DNA of 64,000 nt. Origin: a virus. Its lineage: Duplodnaviria; Heunggongvirae; Uroviricota; Caudoviricetes. Made by a program: the position numbers and the translations under genes. Of this stretch, positions 1 to 10,038 are shown in pieces. Under the pieces are notes generated by a model that worked only from the letters and a program-made list of their open reading frames with translations, was not told the DNA's origin and ran no database searches. The stretch is from IMG/VR virus record IMGVR_UViG_3300009500_000011, positions 104,585-168,584 of that record; one strand, written 5' to 3'. Numbering within the stretch: position 1 is the first letter of the stretch; each line of letters begins with the position of its first letter.

Positions 1-1
1 A

Positions 2-112
2 GAAGAAATAGATTCTATGCAAAAACAATTAACAGAATTGTGTGAAAATCCTGAAATGGTCTTAGTCTCTCATAGAAGATTAAAAGTTGAAAGGCTTAGA
101 AATCCTAAATAA
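2..112 (+). CDS. C-terminal fragment of an upstream gene (hypothetical)
   Basis: Open frame from window edge to TAA at 110-112 overlapping the next ATG (TAATG). Confidence 0.3.
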   Translation, partial: EEIDSMQKQLTELCENPEMVLVSHRRLKVERLRNPK

Positions 113-1179
113 TGAAACCGGGGTTTAAATTAGACCCGGTTGCTGACCAATTCTGTGAAGTTTATGGTGTTAAGCAATTACTTGAAGATTGTGGTCTAAA
201 AAAAATTAGAAGTAGCGGAGATTATTTGATGGCTCTTTGTCCTTTTCATGATAATTCGCGTGAACCTGATTTTCAGATTACAAAGAAAAATGGTTTATAT
301 CTTTGCTTTGGCTGTGGTGCCGCAGGCAATCTTTATACTTTTGTTTCGCAAATTCATGGAATTTCAACCAAAGATGCAAATTCTTTTATTCAAAAATTAG
401 CAGGATTTGATTCTTCTATTAGTGTTGAAGATATCAAGTTTAGAGCAAATCTAAAAAATATATTTGGATTAAATAAAAATGGTGAAGAAGAGGAAGCAGA
501 AAGCAAGGCTCAATTTAAAATTACAGATTCTATAATTGCCAGAATGAATACGGGTCCAGACCCATATAATTATCTTTCCTCTAGAGGTTTCACTCCTGAA
601 ACAATCGCATATTTTGAATGTACGTTCACTAATAAGTGGCGAGTTTATAATCAAGAAACGGACCAATACGAATTCCAAGAACGTATTGTAGTTCCTGGTC
701 ATAATATAGATGGGTCTTTGTGTGGTTATATAGGTCGAACGCCTGTAAATCAAACACCTAAATATAGGTATACCGCACTTTATCCTAAATCAACATCTTT
801 ATTTAATTTACATAGAGTTAAAAATGAGATAAGTTCTACGGGAGTTATTCTTGTAGAAGGACCATTAGACGCTATGCAAATTCATAACTTGGGAATACCT
901 TATGTTTGCTCTATTTATGGAGCGAAATTACATCCCGCTCAAATTCAATTATTATGTAAATATACAAATAAAGTTTACTTAATGTTCGATAATGATAAAG
1001 CAGGACAAAATGTAATGAAAGAAAGTATCTTAAGTCTTAACGAATTATTAGATGTAAATATTGTGAGTCTTGATACTTATAAAGACCCTGGAGAAATTTT
1101 AATTCGTTCAGAATTAGATAGATTGTTAAAATCTTCTTTAAATTTTTCTACTTGGAAATTAATGAATGCAATTACATAA
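112..1179 (+). CDS. DnaG-like DNA primase (CHC2 zinc finger + TOPRIM)
   Basis: N-terminal CPFHDNSREPDF...GLYLCFGCG zinc-binding motif; TOPRIM-like VILVEGPLDAMQ and MFDNDKAGQ acidic motifs. Confidence 0.7.
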   Translation: MKPGFKLDPVADQFCEVYGVKQLLEDCGLKKIRSSGDYLMALCPFHDNSREPDFQITKKNGLYLCFGCGAAGNLYTFVSQIHGISTKDANSFIQKLAGFDSSISVEDIKFRANLKNIFGLNKNGEEEEAESKAQFKITDSIIARMNTGPDPYNYLSSRGFTPETIAYFECTFTNKWRVYNQETDQYEFQERIVVPGHNIDGSLCGYIGRTPVNQTPKYRYTALYPKSTSLFNLHRVKNEISSTGVILVEGPLDAMQIHNLGIPYVCSIYGAKLHPAQIQLLCKYTNKVYLMFDNDKAGQNVMKESILSLNELLDVNIVSLDTYKDPGEILIRSELDRLLKSSLNFSTWKLMNAIT

Positions 1180-1366
1180 AAAGGTAGAAATTATGGCTAT
1201 TAGAAAATTTGGAGCCCCTTCAACATCACACGTTAAAGGCATTATTGCTGAAGATGTTCAAGAAGTTTTAATTAAGGCAAGTGAAAAATTATCCCAAACA
1301 GAAAAAGATAAATTAAATGAAAAAGAACATGACAGCAATGAAGATGAAAGAAAAGAAGACAAATAA
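1166..1366 (+). CDS. hypothetical small protein
   Basis: Track ORF overlapping the primase stop; Lys/Glu-rich; weak support. Confidence 0.25.
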   Translation: MQLHKKVEIMAIRKFGAPSTSHVKGIIAEDVQEVLIKASEKLSQTEKDKLNEKEHDSNEDERKEDK

Positions 1367-1730
1367 CCCAGAAGAAAAGGCTTCTTTTATTCTTTCAGAA
1401 TTACAAATTATTTTAAATGAGCAAACCTTATCTGATATTGAAAAAGTCAAAAAGGTTTGCTCTTTAATTGAAAATTACTCTAATTTAGAATTTGCTGAAA
1501 TTGATGATACTGCTGAAAAAAATTGGTATCAAGAACAAATTTTAAATTTAGATGAACAAATATCTTTTTTGCAGGCAGAATTAGATGGTCTTATTAAACA
1601 AGGCTCAATGCTTAATGAAACATCTATTATAAAAATACAGAATGATGCTAGATTAAAGCAATTAGACCTAGATAAAAGAATTTTAGAAAATAAAAAACAA
1701 AGTTACTCCAACAAATTAAAAGGAATTTAA
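1317..1730 (+). CDS. hypothetical coiled-coil protein
   Basis: Track ORF, heptad-like Leu/Ile spacing; no catalytic motif. Confidence 0.35.
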   Translation: MKKNMTAMKMKEKKTNNPEEKASFILSELQIILNEQTLSDIEKVKKVCSLIENYSNLEFAEIDDTAEKNWYQEQILNLDEQISFLQAELDGLIKQGSMLNETSIIKIQNDARLKQLDLDKRILENKKQSYSNKLKGI

Positions 1731-1732
1731 TC

Positions 1733-4195
1733 GTGATTGTTGCTACAAAATCTATCGAAGATGTTTTAAAAGTTACCGCTGAAGAATTTTTCAAGAATGA
1801 AAAGATGGCAGTTGATGTATTTAATAGTAAATATGCATTGCAAAAAAAAGATGGAAGTTTAGAAACTCCAGGCGAATGTTTTTATAGAGTAGCAAAGTAT
1901 ATTGCATCTGCTGAAATTGATGATGGATTTACAAAAGAACAGGCAGATGATTTAGCTTCACAATGGTTCTGGGCAATGTGGAATAGAGACTTTATTCCAG
2001 GCGGAAGAATTATGTATGGTGCAGGTAATCCTGATAATGTTTCATTAGTGAATTGTACTACTGTGTCTTTAGGACCTAATGCAGAATTTCCAAATCAAGA
2101 TGATGATAATATTGAAGGTATTTATCGTTCTGCTTATGAAATGGCCCGTGTGCTTTCTAAAGGTGAAGGTGTTGGTATTGATGTAACTGCTTTACGTCCT
2201 ATAAATTCGCCTGTTAATAATGCTGCGAAAACAACTTCTGGTGCAGTTTCTTGGATGAGTTTATATGATTATACTACTGGAACTATTGCACAAAATGGTC
2301 GCCGTGGTGCATTATTAATTTCAATGAAAATTACTCATCCAGAAGTTTTTGAATTTATTAAAGTTAAATCTGATTTAAATAAAATTCAAAATGCTAATAT
2401 TTCTCTTCAAATTAATGATGCATTTATGAAGGCATATAAGAATGATGAAGAGTGGGAATTTAAATGGTCTTCTCTTGATGGGAAAAAAGTTATAACTTCA
2501 ACAGCCCCAGCAAGACAAATAATGAAGGCTATTGCAGAACATAGCGCAATGTTTGCAGAACCGGGTTTGCAATTTTCAGATACTGCGGCCAGGTATTCTA
2601 ATTCTGATGCTGTGGGTTATCCTGTAATAAGTACGAATGCTTGCTCTGAACAATTTTTAACACATTTGGATTCATGTGTTCTTGGTCATGCTAATTGGGC
2701 TACATTACCATTAAACTTAGAAGAAGCAGAAGTTGAAGCAGAAAAACGAGGATACTATATTTCTTGGTTTTTAGATAATGTTGTGACTAAGCAATTAGTT
2801 GATAAACGTTCTCCACTTCCAGGTTCAGCAGAAAAATCAAGATTATTGCGTCGAATTGGTCAAGGTTTCACAGGGTTAGCAGATTATTTATCTAAGATAG
2901 GCATTTCATATGATAGTGATGCAGCAATACAAGTTGCATCTAGATTATCAAAAGCAATGACCAAAGGCGCTTATAGACGTTCTATGGATGCTGGTAAAGA
3001 ACGTGGAAGTTACTTGGCTTTTAATAAAACAAAACTTTTAAATTCAAAATTTATTCAAAATATGATTGAAGATGGAGTTATTCCTGAAAATTTTGAACAC
3101 ATGAGAAATGTTTGTAATACTACGGTTGCACCTGTTGGTACAGGTAATCTTATGGTGCAAGGATGGGCCAATGGAACTGAACCAGGTATTGGTTTTGTTT
3201 ATTGGCGTAGAACGCGCGTTTCCGGTGAATATGTATGGTACTTTGTTGTTAACGAATTTGTTTTTGAATTGCTTAAAGATTATCCAGAATTAGTTGATGA
3301 AATAAAGAACAAAGTTGCAGAAATTAATGCCACTCCAATTGGCCAAAAACGTTTTGATATGGAAGATTCGGTATTTAATTTAATTGACGGAAAAATTAAT
3401 TTAAATATTCACAAATTCTCTCATTTAGTTGACCCTATAAAAAAAGCCGATTTGATGGGCGCTGTTCAAAGATATATTGATTCTGCTTTATCAGTTACTT
3501 ATAACATGCCTTTTTCAACAACAGTTGAACAAATCGAACAATTATATGTACGTTGTTGGGAAAATGGATTAAAAGGTGTTGCAATTTATCGTGAAGACCC
3601 TCAAAATAGAGAGCCAATCTTTATGTTTCAACGTCCAGAATCATATAATTATCGTCAAGTTCCAATTTCTCCTGTCATAAAGTATATGTTATCAGAAGAA
3701 AGAGTTGTTGACAAACGTCCACCTGAATTAACAGGTAAAACACAAGTTGTAAATGCAGAAGGTCATAAATTTTATTTTACATATAATTTTAATGAAGTTG
3801 GAGATTTGTATGAAGTCTTTTGTACAACGAACAGTCGTGAGCCCAAGATTTCAACAGAAGCTGCTCAAAATGTATTGGTCAATCTTTTAGAAGAATGTAA
3901 TGTTCCGAAAGATTTTATTAATGACCAATTAGAGAAATCAAGTCACCAAGGTTCTGCACAAAAAATCACTAGATTGGTTTCATTGGCTTTACGTCACTAC
4001 ATTAGTGTTCCTTTAATCGTACTTGCTCTTGATGAACTTGAAGTTCCTGTTTCTTCATATATTTATCATTTACGCAGAGGGCTTTCGCAATTTTTACCAA
4101 GACAGGTAGAAAAATGTGCTAGTTGTGGAGAAGATTCAATGATTATTGAGAGTGGATGTGAACATTGCGATAATTGCGGCGCTAGTAAGTGTTAA
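1733..4195 (+). CDS. ribonucleotide reductase, class II (NrdJ)-like large protein
   Basis: 820 aa, GTG start after AAGGAA. STNACSEQFL...SCVLGHANW resembles the RNR NPCGE/active-site Cys region. C-terminal CxxC...CxxC zinc ribbon. Confidence 0.55.
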   Translation: MIVATKSIEDVLKVTAEEFFKNEKMAVDVFNSKYALQKKDGSLETPGECFYRVAKYIASAEIDDGFTKEQADDLASQWFWAMWNRDFIPGGRIMYGAGNPDNVSLVNCTTVSLGPNAEFPNQDDDNIEGIYRSAYEMARVLSKGEGVGIDVTALRPINSPVNNAAKTTSGAVSWMSLYDYTTGTIAQNGRRGALLISMKITHPEVFEFIKVKSDLNKIQNANISLQINDAFMKAYKNDEEWEFKWSSLDGKKVITSTAPARQIMKAIAEHSAMFAEPGLQFSDTAARYSNSDAVGYPVISTNACSEQFLTHLDSCVLGHANWATLPLNLEEAEVEAEKRGYYISWFLDNVVTKQLVDKRSPLPGSAEKSRLLRRIGQGFTGLADYLSKIGISYDSDAAIQVASRLSKAMTKGAYRRSMDAGKERGSYLAFNKTKLLNSKFIQNMIEDGVIPENFEHMRNVCNTTVAPVGTGNLMVQGWANGTEPGIGFVYWRRTRVSGEYVWYFVVNEFVFELLKDYPELVDEIKNKVAEINATPIGQKRFDMEDSVFNLIDGKINLNIHKFSHLVDPIKKADLMGAVQRYIDSALSVTYNMPFSTTVEQIEQLYVRCWENGLKGVAIYREDPQNREPIFMFQRPESYNYRQVPISPVIKYMLSEERVVDKRPPELTGKTQVVNAEGHKFYFTYNFNEVGDLYEVFCTTNSREPKISTEAAQNVLVNLLEECNVPKDFINDQLEKSSHQGSAQKITRLVSLALRHYISVPLIVLALDELEVPVSSYIYHLRRGLSQFLPRQVEKCASCGEDSMIIESGCEHCDNCGASKC

Positions 4196-4198
4196 ACA

Positions 4199-4236
4199 AA
4201 AAGGACCTAAAGCGTAAATGTTTTAGGTCCTTTACT
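4199..4236 (+). terminator. intrinsic terminator after the RNR gene
   Basis: 12-bp stem AAAGGACCTAAA/TTTAGGTCCTTT, then T-rich tail. Confidence 0.6.
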
Positions 4237-4282
4237 ACAATTACTAAGTACACAACAATATAAATCTAAGGATAAATTTTTA

Positions 4283-5812
4283 ATGTTAGATGCCGATTCT
4301 GATTCTCTTTTTGATGTACCTGTGTCACACAATTCTTTATTTTCATCTGTTACTCCAACTCCAAATCCACCCAAAAGTAGTATTTCTAGTTTTAATGAAA
4401 ATAATCCTAATAAAAGTCGTTTGGATAAATTTTTTAAAGGTTTAAGCAAAGAAGAAAAACAAGAATTAAAACGTAAAATTCAAGATGAAGCATATACATT
4501 TACTGATTCTTTGTATTCAATTATTGTTGATATAGCTCGCGGGCAAGGAAAACAAGTAATAGATTATCCTGAACGTTGGTTATTACCAGAAGACCAAAGT
4601 GATGTTGATGAAACATCAATGGCTTCATTAACTAAAAATCTTGTTATCGGGTATACAAAATATATCAATGTTGTTTACTATTTGTCATTTGATTATTTAG
4701 TTCACACGAAATATTCTATCGTTAAAAGTTTTTTAATGAGAGGTGATGAACATAGACCTCCATATAAATCTAAATTTGATATTTCTTTGGATGAACAAAA
4801 AGAAGTTGTTATTCAAGGTATTTTTCACATCATAAATAATGAAAACAAAAATAAACTTCAAGTTGAAGTTACTGATGAAGCTATTATTATTACTGGATTA
4901 AACACGGATAATGAAGCTGAAAAATTTCGTGAAACTTTTGAAGAAGAACTAAAAAATAATGATGTTTTTAAAAATAAAACTTTCACTTTTACAGATAAAT
5001 TATTTCCAAAATTTATTAAACAAAGTGGTGTTGAAAGAGCGGATGTTGTTTTCCCAAAAGAAATTTGGAAAGAAATTGAAATTAATGTTATAAATGTATT
5101 TTTAAAAAATGAACAATATGTCGCCAAAAATATACCTACTAAACGCGGTATTATTTTGGAAGGACCTCCAGGTAATGGAAAATCGTTACTTGTAAAATAT
5201 ATAGAGAATGCTCTTGCTGATAAGGTAACTTTTATTTATGTTACTGATGCTTTAGTTGCAAATCCTAATTCTTTAAGTAAAATATTTGATATTGCTCGTC
5301 GGTATACTCCGTGTGTTCTTGTTTTAGAAGATGTAGATTCTATTGGTTCTTCTAGAGAATACGGAAATCCAAGTATTACTGCTGAACTTCTTTCACGATT
5401 AGATGGTTTGGAAGAATTAGTAGATTTTGTTACTATTGCTACTACAAATTTTCCTGAAAAAATTGATGATGCATTAAAAAATAGACCTAATCGTTTTGAT
5501 AGAAGAATCAAAATTAAATTGCCAAGTCCAGAAAGATGTGCCGAACTTTTAAAAATTTCCCTAAATCATAGAGGCGTTTTAAATATAAAAAATGAAGAAG
5601 TAAATCAAATTAGTGAAAAATTAAATGGGTTTTCAGGGGCACAAATTAAAGAAGTTATTATTACTGCACAGATGATTGCTCTTTATGAAAATAGAGAAGT
5701 TGAATACAAAGATTTAATTCAATCTGTTGAATTTTTAAAAGAAAACTATTATGATGACAAAAATATCGGAGTTGGAGATACTTCTAAGAAAAAAGTAGGA
5801 TTTAGAGGATGA
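4283..5812 (+). CDS. AAA+ ATPase
   Basis: Walker A ILEGPPGNGKSLL, Walker B VLVLEDVDS, sensor and arginine-finger-like region. Confidence 0.6.
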   Translation: MLDADSDSLFDVPVSHNSLFSSVTPTPNPPKSSISSFNENNPNKSRLDKFFKGLSKEEKQELKRKIQDEAYTFTDSLYSIIVDIARGQGKQVIDYPERWLLPEDQSDVDETSMASLTKNLVIGYTKYINVVYYLSFDYLVHTKYSIVKSFLMRGDEHRPPYKSKFDISLDEQKEVVIQGIFHIINNENKNKLQVEVTDEAIIITGLNTDNEAEKFRETFEEELKNNDVFKNKTFTFTDKLFPKFIKQSGVERADVVFPKEIWKEIEINVINVFLKNEQYVAKNIPTKRGIILEGPPGNGKSLLVKYIENALADKVTFIYVTDALVANPNSLSKIFDIARRYTPCVLVLEDVDSIGSSREYGNPSITAELLSRLDGLEELVDFVTIATTNFPEKIDDALKNRPNRFDRRIKIKLPSPERCAELLKISLNHRGVLNIKNEEVNQISEKLNGFSGAQIKEVIITAQMIALYENREVEYKDLIQSVEFLKENYYDDKNIGVGDTSKKKVGFRG

Positions 5813-6513
5813 ATTTAAAATTTAAAAATCGAATTGCTTTAATTGGTAGAATGGGTAGTGGAAAATCAGAAATTGCAAAACACTTTGTCAATAGTTTAAA
5901 TTTTAAGCGTGTTGCTTTAGGTGATGCTTTAAAAGAAGAAATTGTTAATTATGGTTTAATACCTGGAAGTATTATTGAAAAAAGTAGAGATAGAAAAACA
6001 CTTCAAGATTGGGGACAACATCGCAGAGGTGAAAAAGAACGTTTTGTTTTTAAATCCAAACTTTTTCATAATAAAAATAAAGTTTCTGATGGTGTAACCA
6101 ATTATATAAATTATCAAGGGAAAAAATTAAGTCTTGTAACATACAATGTTGATTCATATAATATGATTTCCAAAAGTTTTGGTGAATGTTACCTAGATTA
6201 TTGGATTGATTTATTGATGCCAAATGTCAAAAAATTAATTGCTCAAGGTAATTATGTAATTAATGATGATATTCGTCGTCAAAATGAACTTGATGCTTTT
6301 AAATATATGGGATTTACTACTGTAAAAATATCTGTTGAAAACGATATAAGATATAAACGATTAAAAATTAGAGATAATCAATCTGATTTTGATGAGTCTA
6401 TTATGAATGATATTTCAGAAAATGAAATAGATTCATTAATTGCTGATTTCGATATTAGTAATAATGGTACAATTGAAGAAACTTTGAGTACACTATATCA
6501 ATATATAATGTAA
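5809..6513 (+). CDS. P-loop nucleotide/nucleoside kinase (dNMP-kinase-like)
   Basis: N-terminal Walker A IALIGRMGSGKSEIAK; start overlaps the upstream stop (ATGA). Confidence 0.45.
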   Translation: MNLKFKNRIALIGRMGSGKSEIAKHFVNSLNFKRVALGDALKEEIVNYGLIPGSIIEKSRDRKTLQDWGQHRRGEKERFVFKSKLFHNKNKVSDGVTNYINYQGKKLSLVTYNVDSYNMISKSFGECYLDYWIDLLMPNVKKLIAQGNYVINDDIRRQNELDAFKYMGFTTVKISVENDIRYKRLKIRDNQSDFDESIMNDISENEIDSLIADFDISNNGTIEETLSTLYQYIM

Positions 6514-6542
6514 CATTTAATTAAATATTCCCTATAATATTA

Positions 6543-6572
6543 AAGAAGAAATTTTAATTTTCTTCTTTTTTC
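6543..6572 (+). terminator. intrinsic terminator
   Basis: AAGAAGAAA-TTTTAA-TTTCTTCTT + TTTTT. Confidence 0.55.
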
Positions 6573-6605
6573 TATTCTTTATATCGAAAGAAGTAATTTA
6601 TTATA

Positions 6606-6983
6606 GTGAGAACATTTGACGACGTAAGTCCAGAAAAACATAAAGAAATATCTATAAAAGTTTTAAAATATTGGTTAAAAAACATTTATAAGATGGATGG
6701 TTTATCAACTCCGTCTAATGGTGTTATCAAGCAAGAAGATATTTTATTGCAATCTCAACAACTAGGTAATGTTTTTTGTTTAAAATTAGATATTACTGCT
6801 GCAATTGATACGTTACCACTTCGCTTAAAAAAAATTGTTTATCTTCATTATATAATTGGTTTCCCGGTTAGTAAAATTTGTTTAATGTTAGGGTTTAAAT
6901 TTCGTGTTGACCTTTATAGAAGACTTGACGAATGCTTTGAAATAATGTATGATTTTTTAGGACCTAATTGGTTACGTTCTTAA
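6606..6983 (+). CDS. sigma-70 region-4-like HTH protein (possible second subunit of a bipartite sigma)
   Basis: LPLRLKKIVYLHYIIGFPVSKICLMLGF...LYRRL resembles sigma region 4.2 (LxxRER...HTH); GTG start. Confidence 0.35.
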   Translation: MRTFDDVSPEKHKEISIKVLKYWLKNIYKMDGLSTPSNGVIKQEDILLQSQQLGNVFCLKLDITAAIDTLPLRLKKIVYLHYIIGFPVSKICLMLGFKFRVDLYRRLDECFEIMYDFLGPNWLRS

Positions 6984-6994
6984 TAAGAATCAAT

Positions 6995-7546
6995 ATGGAA
7001 AATCTTTTAAAATCAGCAAAAAATATAGGATGTATTGGGACTAAGGATGATTTAGACGAGATTAGAATTAAAACTTGTCTTTTGATTGGTTATTGGATAG
7101 CAAAACAAAATAAGTTTGTTCATAGTGGAAACGCTAAAGGTTGTGATAATTTGTATGCAACTGGAGCAAATAATGTTAATCCATCTTTGGTTCACTTATA
7201 TTTAAGTGATAATAAGCATAATTCTAAATTCATAGTAGATGGAAATATTTTACATTATCAAGAAGATTTTCCTGATTGGTCTGGAATTGCTGAAATGTAT
7301 CATCCGCGATACAATTTCTTGCCGAAATATGCACAAAAACTGTTTAATCGTAATGCTGGAATTGTTCTTGCTTCGGATTTAGTTATCGCTATGCCAAGTA
7401 GATTAAAGTCTTGGGGTGGTGGAACAGGACATGGAATGAAGATAGCCAAAGGTCTTGGTATCCCAGTTATTAATTTGAGCCGAGAAGAAGAAAGAGAAGA
7501 AATTATTAAATTTATATTAAATGATAGCGACGTTTTTTCGTTGTAA
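6995..7546 (+). CDS. SLOG-family (DprA/LOG-like) Rossmann-fold protein
   Basis: GGGTGHGMKIAKGLGIPVINL resembles the DprA/Smf-LOG C-terminal motif; start set at ATG 6995. Confidence 0.3.
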   Translation: MENLLKSAKNIGCIGTKDDLDEIRIKTCLLIGYWIAKQNKFVHSGNAKGCDNLYATGANNVNPSLVHLYLSDNKHNSKFIVDGNILHYQEDFPDWSGIAEMYHPRYNFLPKYAQKLFNRNAGIVLASDLVIAMPSRLKSWGGGTGHGMKIAKGLGIPVINLSREEEREEIIKFILNDSDVFSL

Positions 7547-7561
7547 ACAAGATGGTGATTT

Positions 7562-8041
7562 ATGGAAATTATAGAAACTACTACTTCCGAAAGCGCAAAC
7601 CCACTTATAATAGATGAATTAGACTCAAAGACTCAGGAAATGGTTGAAGAAATTATTGCAAAGGAACCTCAACAACCCTTGCATGTTGTTTCAGAGATTC
7701 CAATAACTATGGATAATTTTGATTTATTAAAGAAAAAATATCGTCCATTAATGTGGAGATATATTCGTTTGGTGCATAATATGCATAATAAATCTGTTGA
7801 ATTTGATGATTTAGAACAAGAAGCAGATTGGGCATTATGGAATTCAATTAAAAATTTTGATGATACTAGAAATGTATTTTTTCCTGTTTATTTAGGTAAA
7901 GCTGTGCTAAATCGCTTATTATGTTATTGTCGAAATTACTTACCTCATTTCTATAAAAAAGACCCCGAAAAAGAAGGTAAGTTTAAGCGTGTTAAAGTTA
8001 ATGTTGATACTTTAGACGACCCAAATACTTATAATTTTTAA
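7562..8041 (+). CDS. sigma factor, region-2-only type (gp55/SigO-like)
   Basis: FDDLEQEADWALWNSIKNFDDTRN.VFFPVYLGKAVLNRL matches sigma-70 regions 2.1-2.4 (DLIQEG..GL..A..KFD...G..F.TYA..I); no region 4. Confidence 0.4.
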   Translation: MEIIETTTSESANPLIIDELDSKTQEMVEEIIAKEPQQPLHVVSEIPITMDNFDLLKKKYRPLMWRYIRLVHNMHNKSVEFDDLEQEADWALWNSIKNFDDTRNVFFPVYLGKAVLNRLLCYCRNYLPHFYKKDPEKEGKFKRVKVNVDTLDDPNTYNF

Positions 8042-8045
8042 TTAA

Positions 8046-8411
8046 ATGCAAAAACAAGATATAGACAAAATTTTATCTACGGTATATGAATTGTACGATT
8101 TGCGTCTTCAAATGGCTAATCTTATTCAGGATTTACAAGAAAATTTAGGTAAAATAGAAAATTCTGAAAATCAATTGGTTAATATGTCATATATATTAAG
8201 AGATTTTTGGGAAACTTTGTCTAACATAGATTTAAATGAATCTTTTTCTTTTATTAATGATATAGAACAAAATGCAAATGAACTATCATATAAAGTGAGG
8301 AAGGCAGAAGAAGAGATTAGAACGGCTGTAAATCCTATATTAAAAAATACGCCAGTATATTTTGATGCACTTCATCCACCAAACGAATTAGATTATTTTA
8401 GTAAGGAATAA
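8046..8411 (+). CDS. hypothetical protein
   Basis: Track ORF; no motif recognised. Confidence 0.35.
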   Translation: MQKQDIDKILSTVYELYDLRLQMANLIQDLQENLGKIENSENQLVNMSYILRDFWETLSNIDLNESFSFINDIEQNANELSYKVRKAEEEIRTAVNPILKNTPVYFDALHPPNELDYFSKE

Positions 8412-8417
8412 AAATTT

Positions 8418-8780
8418 ATGTCAGTAAATACACCAACTGCTCCTACAAGTGGAGCAACTACTCCAACGAATACAACTTCGGACCAAATCAAAGCAGTTCT
8501 TGTTCATGTTGGAATTTTAGCTGCATTAGGCGCAGGAGTCGCATTAATTCCAGCATTAATTGCTTGGTTAACAAATGCAAACTTTTCTACCTTATTGCCT
8601 CCAGCATTAGCTGTATATGGCTCTATGATTGTACCACTTGTTGTTTCTGCTTTACAAAAAGTTCAAGCACAATTGCAAGCACAACTTGCACAAGAACAAG
8701 CCGCAGTTGCAAATGCTCAAGTTTCGGCACTTCAAGCCAAATTGTTAACTTTAACGCCTAAGTCTAAAAAAACTTCATAA
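8418..8780 (+). CDS. membrane protein, two TM helices + C-terminal coiled coil (holin-like?)
   Basis: Hydrophobic stretches VLVHVGILAALGAGVALIPALIAWL and LAVYGSMIVPLVVSAL, then Gln/Ala-rich repeats. Confidence 0.4.
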   Translation: MSVNTPTAPTSGATTPTNTTSDQIKAVLVHVGILAALGAGVALIPALIAWLTNANFSTLLPPALAVYGSMIVPLVVSALQKVQAQLQAQLAQEQAAVANAQVSALQAKLLTLTPKSKKTS

Positions 8781-8781
8781 A

Positions 8782-9054
8782 ATGGACTTAGTGAGAAAAA
8801 CCGTTGAGCTTTCTGAATTACCGTTTCAATTTGAAGGTGCTTCAGTAAGAATAAAGTATAAAGGTCCAAATATAAATAAAGACAATATAGTGATTCCAAC
8901 ATCGGACAATTATATTGTCGAAGTTTATGACCCAAAAGATAATGAATGGAAAGTTTGGCATATGGTTCAATCAATTAAGATTGAAATAGATGTAAATACA
9001 AAAATTCCAAAATTAGAAATATCTTGGATTGATAAAACAAACGGTATTTTTTAA
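8782..9054 (+). CDS. hypothetical protein
   Basis: Track ORF followed by a hairpin terminator. Confidence 0.35.
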   Translation: MDLVRKTVELSELPFQFEGASVRIKYKGPNINKDNIVIPTSDNYIVEVYDPKDNEWKVWHMVQSIKIEIDVNTKIPKLEISWIDKTNGIF

Positions 9055-9057
9055 AAT

Positions 9058-9090
9058 AAAGGAACCTAAAAACAGGTTCCTTTATTGTTT
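9058..9090. terminator. bidirectional intrinsic terminator between convergent genes
   Basis: AAAGGAACCT-AAAAAC-AGGTTCCTTT flanked by T-runs on both sides. Confidence 0.55.
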
Positions 9091-9113
9091 ATGAGTCAAC
9101 CAATAGGCGCTTT

Positions 9114-9836
9114 TTATGTTGGGTCTTGGTCAAGAGCCCATAGGTCACTTATTAAGGAAGCATCAGCTTTAATGAGATGAGCCATATTACGAATCCATGC
9201 CGCAGATGAATGAACGGAAGCAATTGCTGTTGTTGCATCATTTAATAAATGATTTTGACTTGGGTCTAAACATGCAATGTCCCAGCGACAAGAAGAATCT
9301 CCTGAAAAGATTCCATATCCTCTTTGAGGAACGGTATCTTCTCCATCGTCATTTGTTTGAAGTGCGCGTTCACCGTGAGTTGAAACAATATAAATAGGTC
9401 CATTTATTAAAACAGATGGTTCTACAGAAACATTAAATGAACCGTTTGCTTCAATATTTTTTATTTTACAAACTCTTGCTACAATTCCGGCATGAATCCA
9501 TGCATGTGCAAAAGTATAAGGATTTGGACCCCAAGAACCTGTAGTAGTTACATCTGAACCATCCATCGTAAGAGCAGCGATTTCAACGTTTGCGCTTCCA
9601 TCACGGGGGTCAGAATTAAGGTGCCATGTTCCGTATGTCGTAACATCAGTTAAGTTGTTGTTTTTATAAATTGTGAATGCGTTTTTAAGAGTTTTCCAAT
9701 CAATTTTTGAGGGGTCGGTTACAGTTCCAAGAGAGGCGATATATTCACTTGAAAGATTGCCTGTTAAAGCAAATTCAATATGATAATCTCTCTGTCTTGT
9801 TGGTGGAGTAACGCTCCAATGACATGTTAAAATCAT
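9114..9836 (-). CDS. hypothetical protein (minus-strand island)
   Basis: 240-aa ORF, non-repetitive composition, convergent with the upstream + gene across a bidirectional hairpin. Confidence 0.4.
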   Translation of the reverse strand: MILTCHWSVTPPTRQRDYHIEFALTGNLSSEYIASLGTVTDPSKIDWKTLKNAFTIYKNNNLTDVTTYGTWHLNSDPRDGSANVEIAALTMDGSDVTTTGSWGPNPYTFAHAWIHAGIVARVCKIKNIEANGSFNVSVEPSVLINGPIYIVSTHGERALQTNDDGEDTVPQRGYGIFSGDSSCRWDIACLDPSQNHLLNDATTAIASVHSSAAWIRNMAHLIKADASLISDLWALDQDPT

Positions 9837-9846
9837 TTTAAAAATC

Positions 9847-10038
9847 CTAATTTAATTTTTGAATAGTAATAGTAGTTCCGCCTTCAGTAATAGAAACGTC
9901 TCCAAGACCATAGGCAGATAAATTAGCTGTTGTAGTCATTGTTGGAATTTGAACAACGATTGGTTTATTATCTTCAAAATTAGAAATATCTTTTAAAATA
10001 GCACCAATCATGCGAAGGTCTGTAAGTGGATTGCTCAT
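9847..10038 (-). CDS. hypothetical small protein
   Basis: 63-aa ORF immediately upstream of 9114..9836 on the same strand. Confidence 0.3.
   Translation of the reverse strand: MSNPLTDLRMIGAILKDISNFEDNKPIVVQIPTMTTTANLSAYGLGDVSITEGGTTITIQKLN

Noticed and set aside
469-753. 94-aa minus-strand ORF inside the primase gene
   Set aside because: Antisense to a well-supported gene; Ile/Phe-rich composition typical of AT-rich antisense frames.
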